From Chrysomallon squamiferum (lineage: Eukaryota; Animalia; Mollusca): 64,000 nt of DNA. Where the stretch lies: contig CM022675.1 in the NCBI GenBank assembly GCA_012295275.1, forward strand, positions 1,612,001-1,676,000, given 5' to 3'. Each line of letters starts with the position of its first letter. Position 1 is the first letter of the stretch. The notes beneath the pieces are model-generated. The model was not told the origin of the DNA. It searched no databases and saw only the letters and a list, made by a program, of their open reading frames with translations. Shown here in pieces: positions 13,146 to 24,744 of this stretch. The position numbers and the translations under genes are program-made.

Positions 13146-14119
13146 GTAGGTTATGTTTCCCTTACTTCAATAAACGTACGTGTATATATTCTGTATATCT
13201 GTATGTTGAACGAAAGTACACACTTTCTCTGTATTTGTAAGCATAGACATCTTTATCAATGAAAATGTCCGCGGTTTTCATTTTATTGATAAATAAATAA
13301 GTAAGTGTTTAGATCTTAAAAAATGTTATGTTGTCATAATATCTTAATTTCAATTGTACAACTACAAAAATATTTTTATATATTTATTTATTTATCTACT
13401 TATTCATTCGTTTGTTTGTTTGTTTATTTATTAATTTTATTATATTATATTTTGCAATGCTTTATTTCGTTTTATGTTATTCATATATTTATATATCTGT
13501 TTTCTTTTATTTGAATTTATTTTATATTATTTAAATATTCACTTATGCAAATTAATGTTATTTTATTTTACTTGAAACATTTAAACGTATTTACTTTATT
13601 TAATTATTATTAAATTATTATTTTATCAAAACGTATAGGTGATATTTATGTTTTCGCTAAAATTTTAAAAGCGTTTCAAGAAAGTATTAAGAAACGGGAA
13701 ATCTCGTTTGACCTCTGTCTTAGTAATACATCACGTATAACACATCACTGCTCATCTAGACTAGTACTCAGCTCTTACAACAACAGTCAGCCATGATGAG
13801 TTTTCACTCACTTGTTACGCATTTTTAATGTTTTAATTTTTTGGGATCTGCAGTCTAATATTAACAGGAAAGTACAGATTAACAGTAGCTGATTGGGGCG
13901 GCTATGTTTCTGTAGTCGTGACGTTATTACGTACATTCCAGACTCAGTCTGCTAGGATCATAATGATTAAAACGTGTAACAAACAAAACAATGATATATA
14001 TCTGATTACTTCAGTGTCGACTTATACTCAGACTAACATGAAAGATCACAGCTGCATATGCTCGGGATTTTCAATTTAAATTAATATGTTGTTTTGCTTT
14101 TTTTCAGTACTAACTACAG

Positions 14120-14831
14120 ATGTGGATACCACTCGTATATCTAACACTTCTAACTCGTTCTTTCAGCTTAGGTAACTTCTTCTACTTAGGTAATATGTGT
14201 CCCTGTGTATCTGTTAGTCTATGTTTGCGTATGTGTGTATATGTGTGTTTGTTTTCTTAACAAAATAAATAATTTCAAGTGTTAAATAAAACACAAAATA
14301 GAAAATTTAAATAATGAAATACGATTAAAAATACTTAAATTAAATAATCAGTAAGTTTATTCCTTGAGACAGAAACGAAAACGAAACAAGAACAAAATAA
14401 CTCACATATATCTCAGTTTTGATTTACAACAAACGAATTTGCGTTATTTATCATATATAATAACAATTTTCATATATAGAATTTATATTTTAAAATGTTA
14501 TACTTCTTTACAGCTGATGAGTATTTCGACTGCAGACGACAAGGTCAGGATTGTGCTAATAACAAAACTTGTCAAAATGACGGCACCTGTTACTGTGGAA
14601 ATGACTACACTGGCTACAACTGTGAACTGCAGAAAAGTGAGTTTTATAATTTCAAAACATCAAAAGTTTAAGATTAAAACAAATAAGAACCTGTGACAAC
14701 TAATGATCACTTAGTGTACTCGGATACATATTAGATCAATGATGTCGCAGTTTTACATCTTATTTTTGTTATTTTCGCTGCTACTATATGAGTTGTTTCC
14801 CAGCTTGTTCGGACAGATGTTTTCAGAGATA

Positions 14832-14876
<45 letters not shown>

Positions 14877-16918
14877 CTTAAGAAGTTTATCTAAACTGCA
14901 GAATCACAAATTTGTGTTTTCAGGTTTGAGTGGTTCAAGTCCGTGTACCAATCACACTGACTCTTGTGGCTCTGATGGAGGTATCTGCTACAATGACAAT
15001 GGAAACAAGGCGTGTTTCTGTCCACCTGGTTTCTATGGAGACCAGTGTGAAAACAAAAGATGTGAGTTATTATCTACGATTATAATAACAAATAATGATA
15101 ACAACAATAATAATAATAATAACAATATTAATGATAATGAAAAAAAATACGAACAACAACAACAATAAGAAATGAGTGAAACAAACTTTAAACAAGAAAC
15201 TCTTTGAAACCAATTGCATGTATTTATAAACATTAAAACATTTCAACAAACAGCTTGTTAATGAATTTTTCAATTCCAGTACTTGCAATCTTTATCTCTG
15301 CTTCTTTGAGTCTCATCAGTTTTATATCTCAGCATTCAATGCAATTCATACAGTGAAGATGATGAAGTTTTCTTGTTCCTCGTAAATACACTTCAATTTT
15401 AACGTTTTGAATTTATACGTCAAACTCGTGATGTAATACCACTGTAATTATTTTAATTTTAATATCAAAGAGAAAGTATATCAGTAAATAAAGTGACAGA
15501 TTTCAGCTCTCTTATTTTCAATTTATGTGAACGATTTCTTCGTGTCAGATGATTCATATTATTGTTGTTGTTGTTGTTATTATTAGTATTGTTATTGTTG
15601 TTGTTGTTGTTGTTGCTGTTGTAGTGTCATAGTATATAAATATAAAATTATTTATTTCAGATGAAGTTACCTGTCAGAAAAGTTCTATGTTGATTGCAGT
15701 TAATCCTTCCGGAACATTCAGAGGTGTCGTCTATGTTAAAGGTGAAAAAGACACAAAAGGTTGTACGTTCAACAATCAGATCTACCCTCGAGAAAACAGG
15801 GCGTGGCTCTGAATGTTCAGGATAGTGACTGCGGCGGGGTGACTCAGGTCAGTTCAATTCTGTTTTTTTTTAAGATTTTTTTTTATCATATATATATATA
15901 TATATGTATATTTATTTATTTATCTATATATTTATTTGTTTCTTTTTTTCTTTTATTTATGTATTTACTTTTTTAACTGTGCATTCTATTTAGACACTTA
16001 CTTACTTGTTTATTTATTTGTTGGATTTTGAATGTTGTCTATGTACAAAGTAGTATTAGACATTCAAACAGTGATGTATCTAATTTTGAATCGTTTACAA
16101 AGCTAAATGGAGGTCGATTTCGGGATGTGATCATTCAGTTCAGTGACAAATACATGACAAACTTCGACTCAGAAGTACATGTCATTTGTGAGGAAAACAA
16201 TGGGGCTACATTTGTGAAAGTCACCAAAGTGATAACAAGCAAAAATCTTGAAAGGTTCGTTATTACTTTTCTTCTTTTGCTGTTTCTTTTTAAAGCTACT
16301 TTTACCTTTCGGGCTGTTACACATAAATATGTCTATATTATTATTTTCAATAATAACAGTTGCAGCAGAAGGGGTGCTAGTATTAGTATTAGTACCTTTA
16401 TTCTTATATTGTTTTATTTATTTAATCTCATTCCTTTCTTGGATTAAGTTTCTTGATTATATGAGATTATTATAGCACGTTTTTTTTTTACTCTTTTGTT
16501 TTCGCTTTTTACGCCTATTACATTTCCCAGTTGATGAGAATTGTTTATTTCACATCATGTATAAAAAGTTTCTGATTATTTTCTATTAGAAATAAAATAT
16601 CGCTTAATGTGAGGAACAAAATTTATATGATGAAAATTCCTTATGTATATTATAGACAGATAAATAAATAGGTTAAAATAGATAGATAGATATATAGATA
16701 TTACATGTGAATGTGTTTTTAATGATGTTCTGCAGAAAGAGACAGAATATCACAAACACAGTTAACTCCATAGACTCCTCTGTTGTCCAGTTCAACATCA
16801 ACCTCAAAGACGGGTCTTCAGTTTCAGAATCAGCAGCTGTCTCTTTAGATGAAGAACTTACATTTGAATTTTCTACAAGTAGGAGCAATTTGTTGTTTCC
16901 ATAGTTTTCTTCATTGTA

Positions 16919-16992
<74 letters not shown>

Positions 16993-17748
16993 CAATAACA
17001 ACAACAACAATAACAACAAAAATAGTAAAAACAATAATAATAATAACAAAATAATAGCTTCGTAAATTAATTCTGATTTAGGTTTATCTCATTTTTTCGC
17101 CAGACACACACACACACACACACATATATATGAATGTTTTATTTATTTTTTAATTTATTTTTAATTTATTTATTTATTTATTTACTTATATATTTTCTTA
17201 CTTTCTTACTTACTTATTTATGTATTCAATTTATTTCACAGATTTGACAGCAGAGGTACCAGAAAAGATTGCCGATACTGAAGCAGGTAATATGTGCGTA
17301 CTACACTGTAGCTATGCATGTCAAATAGTCTTAAAACTGTCAACTTTCACATTTCTAAACTACTCATACAATAGTTCAAAACGATTTTTTGAATTTCACA
17401 AAATGAAAATAAGTTTCCTCTCAATTATTATTAATATTTACTATTTCGTTTTAAAGTGAATATTCGTCTAGTTGGTGGTAACACAAGTAAAGAAGGTCGA
17501 GTAGAAGTTTTGTACAACGGTGAATGGGGCAGACTGTATAGTACTACATTCTACTACTATGAGGCCACTGTGTTTTGCAGAACTCTCGGATTCAGAAAGT
17601 AAGTCAATAACAAACAGTTCAAATGTTTGCCCTATTTCTATCTATTTCCAGTATAATGAATGGAAATTTCTAAATCAAGTCAAATAGAATAGTCTTGAAA
17701 AAAACAGTAGTTTACGTCAACGGTTCAAAAAAATATAAGAGAAAACCA

Positions 17749-17782
<34 letters not shown>

Positions 17783-18149
17783 AAGAAGTAATAAAAAATA
17801 AAGAAGTAAGTAAATAAATGAAAATAATACCAGCGAAATAATACCGTGTCCTTGTGTCCTTGTCGGTGAATGCGTGTCTATATGTGTGCTCGTGTTTGTG
17901 TGTGTGTGTGTGTGTGTGTGCGTGTGTGTTAACACTGCTATTACAATTAAGTTTGTATTCAATAGTGCGTTTGGTATGCCACGTGGTGAAGGTTTCTTCC
18001 CAGAAGGAAGTGGACAAATGTGGACAGGTAACATACAGTGTCTTGGTTTTGAAATGGATGTACGTGACTGCTTTTCCTGGAAGATTAGTGAATGTACGAG
18101 TCGCTGCACGGGACAGGGAGTTGGACTGATATGTGTCGGTAAAGAAATA

Positions 18150-18240
<91 letters not shown>

Positions 18241-18507
18241 GCCATTCTTATTATTTTGTTATTATTATTATTCTTGCTATTCTTATTGTTTTTTGTTGTT
18301 ATTATTATTATTATTATCATCATCATCATCATCATCATCATCATTTTATTAGTATTACCATGACGACAATTGTTGTTGTGTTTCTTTAAGATTGTCCAGC
18401 TACAGCTATTGTTAATATTTGAAAACATCAAATACAGTTTTTCTCAGTTATGAAAATTAGAATAAATAGTCTTGAATGGAATCAAAACTTACGAAATATT
18501 ACAACTC

Positions 18508-18542
<35 letters not shown>

Positions 18543-18842
18543 AATAATAAAACACTAGCTGGAATTAAACACAGTTTGTATTTTGTTCCACTATAAAAGA
18601 AAATCCTGCACCATACAAGCTGCAACTGGTGGGTGGGACAAGTGAACATGACGGAAAGCTTCAAGTATTTGATGACGGCAAATGGAATTCAGTGTGTCAC
18701 AGCAGTTGGAATACTTATGTTGACGTTGTGTGCCGGCAAATGGGTTATGCACAGTTAGTTAATATTTTTAAACTCAAGCATTAAATTGTATAATAATAAT
18801 AAAAAGAACAACAACAACAACAATAGTTATAATAATAATAAC

Positions 18843-18893
<51 letters not shown>

Positions 18894-19545
18894 TAGTAGT
18901 AGTAGTGGTAGTAATAGTATAAATGATATCATAAACATATAGAGATCCACAAAGTCATATGCACTTGTATAAAAATACATATAAAGTTCAGCATTTCTCA
19001 TCAGAACCATGATTTGGTAAATAGAAAGTAGTTGTGATACTGTGATATTTCTTTTACGACTGTGGATCCAAAATGTCATTGTGAGTAAACGACATCTAAT
19101 TTTGTTTTTGTTTTGCTTTTAGTTTTAGTTTTTATTATTTATATCTTATTTGTTGGCACCGTTTCTTTACAACTTTCTACGCTGTTCTTCCAATGAGACC
19201 CAGTTTTGAATTATCTTTTGTTTTGCATATTCTTCTTCACAGCGGAATATTACATGGTGCTGGTAATGTGGTCACTAGCAATATATGGAAGTATGTGGTT
19301 TTCAGCTCAGGTGTTGAACCTGCTCTGCATTTGTCTTTTCTCAGACTTCGGAATGAAGAGAGGAAATGTCTGGCTTTCCATATTAAGTGTTCAGGTATTA
19401 ATGTTAAAACTATCAGTTTCGCGTACGGTCCAACGTTCACAAGATAAATACATTGGACTTCTACAGAGAAAAAAAATACTGAATATATAAATATATAATA
19501 AATGAAACCTACGAAAACTGAAATATTTTTGATAATAATAATTAC

Positions 19546-19580
<35 letters not shown>

Positions 19581-22500
19581 ATTAACAAAAAGTCAACCAA
19601 TCTAACCGTGACGTATATATTGTATTTAAGAATTATTAATCAGTGAATGCAATTATTTTATTTTTTATATTTATTGTGTAGTGGACATATCAGACATTGA
19701 GTTACGACTAGTTGGTGGTCCAAGCAGTAACTACGGTGTCGTTGAAGTGAAAATAAACAATGAGTGGGGCAGAATGAATGATGATTATTCTTCTCCAGCA
19801 GTCGCTAGAGTTTTGTGCAGAACACTTGGCTTCAACGAGTAAGTAGAAACAGAATGCAATATTAAAGCATTAAAATATCACAGGAAACCAAGGACTGATA
19901 GAAGTGAAGCTAATACTAATGATATTGATATTAATGGATACTAATAATAGGTGTAGTAGTTGTAGTAGTAGTAGTAGTACTAGTAGTAGTAGTAGTAGTA
20001 GTAGTAGTATAACACTCATAATAACATTTAATTTAATATTTAAAAAAACTGGCATAAGTACTCAATATAAATTCATTTAATTTTTATATATTTTTTCTTT
20101 CTTTATAAAGAAGTTCTAAAGCAATGTTACTGAGAGAATTTGAGCATAATCTGACGTCAAGCAACAACAGAGTTTCGACATCAGCTGCATTGTGTTCAGG
20201 ACTGGAAACAAATATTAATCAATGCTACCTTGAATATATTAATGACAACGATCATCAGAAGTACACAGCCCTGCTGTGTTCAGGTAATCTGTTTTAGACA
20301 GCAGTCACTAAACATCTACTACATGTTTAATCATTTTTTCTATGGGAAATAACATTCATTGTCTTACAGACAAAACACTTAAGAAAATGTGATAAAATCT
20401 AAATGAAAAATTCTATGTATGTTTGATATGACAAAGTAAATTTAGTTTGTTATAGCATTTTTCCTTAATGCAGATGAAAAAGAAGAGTTAAAGATTCGTC
20501 TGGTGAATGGCAGTTCAGAACGAGAAGGTCGAGTAGAGATTAAATATCTTGGAATGTGGGGCACAGTCTGTGATAAATTTCATACTGATTACAACGCAGC
20601 TGTTTACTGCAGAATGCTGGGTTTCACTAAGTAAGTTATTCATAATGCTAATTATAACAGCTGTTTGCTGCAAAATGAACTAAGTTATTGATACTGATTA
20701 TTGTAACTTCTGGTTACTAAGTCATTGATAATAGAGTTTATTTCAGAAATGTAGCTTTCACTGAATAAATTATTGCTAATACCTACGATTGACAGCATAC
20801 CTGTTTGATTTTTACGTTTAAGTTTTTTAATTTTTTATTGTTTTATTATTATTATAGTTATTCTTAATATTTTTTTTATTGTTTTGACAATTCTCTGTAT
20901 CGTTTCTAAATTATTAATGATTTTTATTATAACAGACTACATAAATAATAATGATCATTATGACACCTGTTTACTAAAGAAAACTTGTTTTGACTCAGTA
21001 TGTCATAAATCTCGACTATTGTAGCAGCTCTTTTCTACAGCACTGTCAGATTATTAAGATCGATTATTATAAATTTAATGATAGTAAAGAAATATACTTT
21101 CAAATGACACATTCCATGCTTTACAGTTCAAATGCAACAGCTGTTAACAGTTCCTATTTTGGTGAAGGCTCAGGGCCTATCTTTCTGTGTGATATTCACT
21201 GTTTGGGAAATGAAACGAGTCTTGAGCAGTGCAAATTTCAATGGGGAAGCTTTCTATGTAACCATGGAAAAGATGCTGGTGTCAAATGTGCAGGTATCAC
21301 TACATTTCTATTTTTACTAGCTTTGAGCTTGTTATCACTTGTTATTTACGATATTATTATTTACGAAATATCAGAATGAAACGTTAAAATTATAAATCTA
21401 ATTAAAAAAATTGGGACAAAATATCCACAAAATAATAATAATAAATAGAAAAATAAATAAACAAAAAAATAGTTAATTAATCAGTTAATAAACAATAACA
21501 ATAAAAAGAGCAATAAATACAACAATTGTGCTATTAGTACTACTACTACTACTACTACTACTATGACTAGGTCTACGACTAATAATAATAGTAGTATTGC
21601 TGACCTATCATTTGAGCTGTATGATTAGGCAAATTGACAGATGAAAATATTTCAGGTCTTAAAGAATCTATGTGTTTTAAGTACATGAGCATCCATCATT
21701 TATTTCTTATTATTCATATTTGATTAGTAGTAGTAGTAGAATTAGCAGTAGCAGTAGTAGTAGTAGTGGTAGAATATTATTATTTTCTTACTATTATTAG
21801 TAAAAATAAAATAAAAATAAGTAAATAAATAAATGAGTAAATTAATAAAAATATTACGAATAATAAAAGATATAATAAATACAACACGGATGCAGAATAA
21901 CTATCGTGTTAGATGACTTCTCCTTTCAGAATTTGACTTATATTAAGTACAGTTTATTTTTAATATTATCAGTGTTATTATCGTCCACACTTTTATAGAG
22001 GAATGGTATTAGGAATAACAGTATTAGGAAAAGAGAAAATATAATACTAATACTAGTAGTACTGCTATTACTACTACTAATACTAATAATGAAAACAATT
22101 AAGAACTATTAATTAAATAATCGATGAAGAGAAATTAATATATATATATATAGGAACACTTTCAAGAAATCCTCCATTTTGCAAATGTGGTCAAGGCATA
22201 TTCTAATATTTTTCTGTACTTTCCAAAGCGAATTGTTTGTCTCTAAATATCTGCTGTTATTATTACTAGTTACTGACTGTCAACGCTTGTAATCATTCTT
22301 AAACGTCTTTGAAATTATATAACTTTTCATTTTTATTTTATTTTATTTTTTTTTTAAACTAGAAAAGATGAAATTTAATTTCCACCCCTTAACATAATGT
22401 TCTTTTTAACTCCTTGCCAAAAATATAATTTTGCTTCAGAGTTGTAAACACAAATATTGTAATACTTTCAAACAGAGCCAGAATCAGGCACTGTCAGAGT

Positions 22501-22736
22501 GGAGTCTTGTACTGCTGATAATCAGAAAACTGGAGAAGACAGCGAAACTTTGAAAATCATTGAAGACAGGTTATGTATATATTATACTTGTTTAGCACAG
22601 AATTCATAAACATGGATATTTATATGCCTCCGAGAAACACTAGGAAATACTGACGACCATCATCATCATCATTATTATCCTTCTTGGAGTTGTTATTGTT
22701 GCTGTTATTATCATTATTATTACTACTACTACTACC

Positions 22737-22767
<31 letters not shown>

Positions 22768-23974
22768 TTATACTTTTTTTTTAAAACAATCATCTTTTTT
22801 CATTTATTTCAGCTGTCCATCGTCTGAGATTGGTAAACTGATGATACAGGAGCCTGAAAGATCGGGAAACAACGTCACATTCAAGTTGAAAGCTTTCACC
22901 TTTAACAAAAACAACGCAGTCTCTACAGAATGTTCTGTCAAAGTTTGTCCTCCAGATCAAAAATATCTGTGTGACCCTGTAAGTTTTATCATTTCTAACT
23001 TGTACATTGGTTCAATTAGTCCGTTTTAGTTTTGATTTATCGACGGAAAAACAAAAATAATAAGAACAAAAACAAACAAAAGTCAAGCGTTTAATGTTTC
23101 AAATATAACTCTTTCGACAGATGAATATAATTTTGAGTGATAAAAAAGAAAAAAAGAAAACAGAATTATTACACAAGTTATGGCCACGTATCCTGGCAAA
23201 CAATAATATATATATAGATATATATATTAAAATCAAATAAATAAAAATAAAGATAAAAAAGAAACAACAAAAGAGTGCATATAATATAAGAAGCAAAAAT
23301 TAATTAGAAATATCATAATTATTTCTATAGTTGAGTAATTTATATGTAGTAGATTTGTGAAGCACTATAGTATTCATTAGCCAAAAGATGTACCCAAGTT
23401 TTCCTATAAAATAATAATAAAAACAAAATAACACAATTACCTTATGTTTTTCTGTCACAATTTTCGCATAAAACATTTAAATCTCAGGTGGACTGCAATG
23501 GCAAGGAAGGATTTGGAAGAAAACGAAGATCTGCTGAAACGTCTGATGAACGTGTCAGAAAAACATTTACTGTTCTGAACCTGATGAATGAAGATCGAAG
23601 ACCAAGTGAGTTTGTCTTCTGTTGATTTATTTCATTAATTTGTTGTCACAGCTTAACTCGGATCTGTGATAATTTTTATTTTTTATTTTTGTATTTATTT
23701 ATTTTTTACCGTAACTCATATTTGATTTTAAGCCTGTAAACAGTTTAACAGATACTAGTTGCAATACGAAGAAAAACAAAAAATATCTTACATTTAAAAA
23801 ACTTCCTACATTTTAGGTGACTTCCAGACATCAGTTGAACAGCAAGGATCTGATGAAGTTAATGTCAACAACACGATTCTGATTGTTCTGTGTGTTGTCA
23901 TGGTGATCATCTTCTCACTTGTCATTGGGATTGTGGTGAACGTCTTCCTGAAGAAGAAAAGATCCAATCAGTAA
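14120..23974 (+). CDS. Paralog A: EGF-EGF-ZP transmembrane protein with four SRCR domains inserted in ZP-C (DMBT1-like / molluscan EGF-ZP-like); ~882 aa if a 1-nt frameshift in exon 4 is corrected, so possibly a young pseudogene
   Basis: Manually assembled GT-AG exons: 14120-14171 (signal peptide MWIPLVYLTLLTRSFSL), 14514-14636 (EGF1), 14924-15061 (EGF2), 15661-15847, 16103-16254 (ZP-N), 16736-16878 (ZP-C start), 17242-17286 (linker), 17457-17598+17966-18138 (SRCR1), 18600-18753+19243-19394 (SRCR2), 19682-19838+20111/20114-20283 (SRCR3), 20474-20630+21127-21293 (SRCR4), 22476-22569, 22813-22978 (ZP-C), 23488-23605 (RKRR), 23817-23974 (TM, TAA). Intron phases are consistent except exon 4 (187 nt vs 188 nt in paralog B). 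Every exon has a counterpart in paralog B. Confidence 0.9.
14514..15061 (+). CDS. Paralog A exons 2-3: two EGF-like domains
   Basis: YFDCRRQGQDCANNKTCQNDGTCYCGNDYTGYNCE and PCTNHTDSCGSDGGICYNDNGNKACFCPPGFYGDQCE show 6-Cys EGF spacing with CxCxxxxxGxxC. The FDCRR start resembles molluscan EGF-like/ZP proteins (from memory). Confidence 0.9.
15661..16878 (+). CDS. Paralog A exons 4-6: ZP-N domain, interdomain linker and first strands of ZP-C
   Basis: EVTCQKSSMLIAV...FRGVVYVKG...GCTF...SDCGG...VIIQF...VHVICE gives the four-Cys ZP-N pattern. It is followed by VQFNINLKDG...VSLDEELTFEF, a typical ZP-C strand A/B signature. Confidence 0.82.
17457..21293 (+). CDS. Paralog A exons 8-15: four group-A SRCR domains, two exons each
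   Basis: Motifs IRLVGG...EGRVEVLYNGEWG...CRTLGF; LQLVGG...SVC...VCRQMGY; LRLVGG...GVVEV...WG...CRTLGF; IRLVNG...EGRVEI...WGTVCD...CRMLGF...FGEGSGPIFL.DIHCLGNETSLEQC...CNHGKDAGVKC. Confidence 0.93.
22476..23974 (+). CDS. Paralog A exons 16-19: remainder of ZP-C, furin site, external hydrophobic patch, TM helix, cytoplasmic tail
   Basis: VRVESCTA...LKIIEDSCP...FKLKAFTF...TECSVKVC...CDP VDC...GRKRRS...VRKTFTVL...ILIVLCVVMVIIFSLVIGIVVNVFLKKKR. Confidence 0.88.
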
Positions 23975-24738
23975 ATGGAAGATGTCAACCAACATGACAT
24001 TTAGCTAACCTGACGAACATTTCACGAACTGAAATCTGTTTTAAAATAGTTGATGTAGAAGCAAACTAAAACGTTTTTCTTCTTTTTTCTTTAAACGTTT
24101 GTAGATTAAGCTACCTGAATTATATTTTTTTAATTAATCCTGTGCTTTTCATTTTTTTATTATACATCAACCTCTTTATGTTTCTTTTGTTCTTCGTTTT
24201 CTCCTTTTTATTGTTGTTGTTCTTCTACTTATTATTATTATTGTTATTATTATTATTATTATTAGTAGTAGTAGTAGTAGTAGTAGTAGTATATGTTATG
24301 GCTTCTTTTGAAACAGTTATTTGTTATTTTTCATGTTTTTTTTTTTTTTTTTTTTTTTCCTTTTTACATTTATTATATTTTCATATTTATTATTCGTTTT
24401 TTTTTTTACTGTTTTTTTTTATTCTTTTTGTTGTTTGTTTTTGGGTGTTTTTTTCGGTTTTATTGTTCTTTTTGTTCTGCTTGTTTCTTTGTTTGTTTCT
24501 TTGTTTTAATATATTATCTGATGTGTTTCGTCCACTAAGGCTTCTGTTTTTGCTTTTTGATTTCATGAAGTAAAGAGTGCATTGTCTAGGAATTTTGCTT
24601 TGTTTTATAAGAAGATTCTTCATTTCCTTCACATTTGTTTTCAAACTATTACTTTTTATTTTACTTTATCAAATATGTGTTTGTTTGTTTGCTTATTTAT
24701 TATTTACACTATTTTATATTTAGTTATTTTCTTTACTG

Positions 24739-24744
24739 AATAAA
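24739..24744 (+). terminator. Probable poly(A) signal of paralog A
   Basis: AATAAA at the end of a T-rich 3' UTR; position and flank are conserved in paralog B and at 87-92. Confidence 0.6.

Noticed and set aside
16245-16745. Second furin site (LERKR) in the ZP-N/ZP-C linker of paralog A
   Set aside because: Lacks the P4 Arg of R-X-K/R-R and is not conserved in paralog B (PVLNR).
14120-23974. Assigning the gene symbol DMBT1
   Set aside because: No CUB domains, group-A two-exon SRCRs and a different domain order; similarity is at domain level only and orthology is unsupported.
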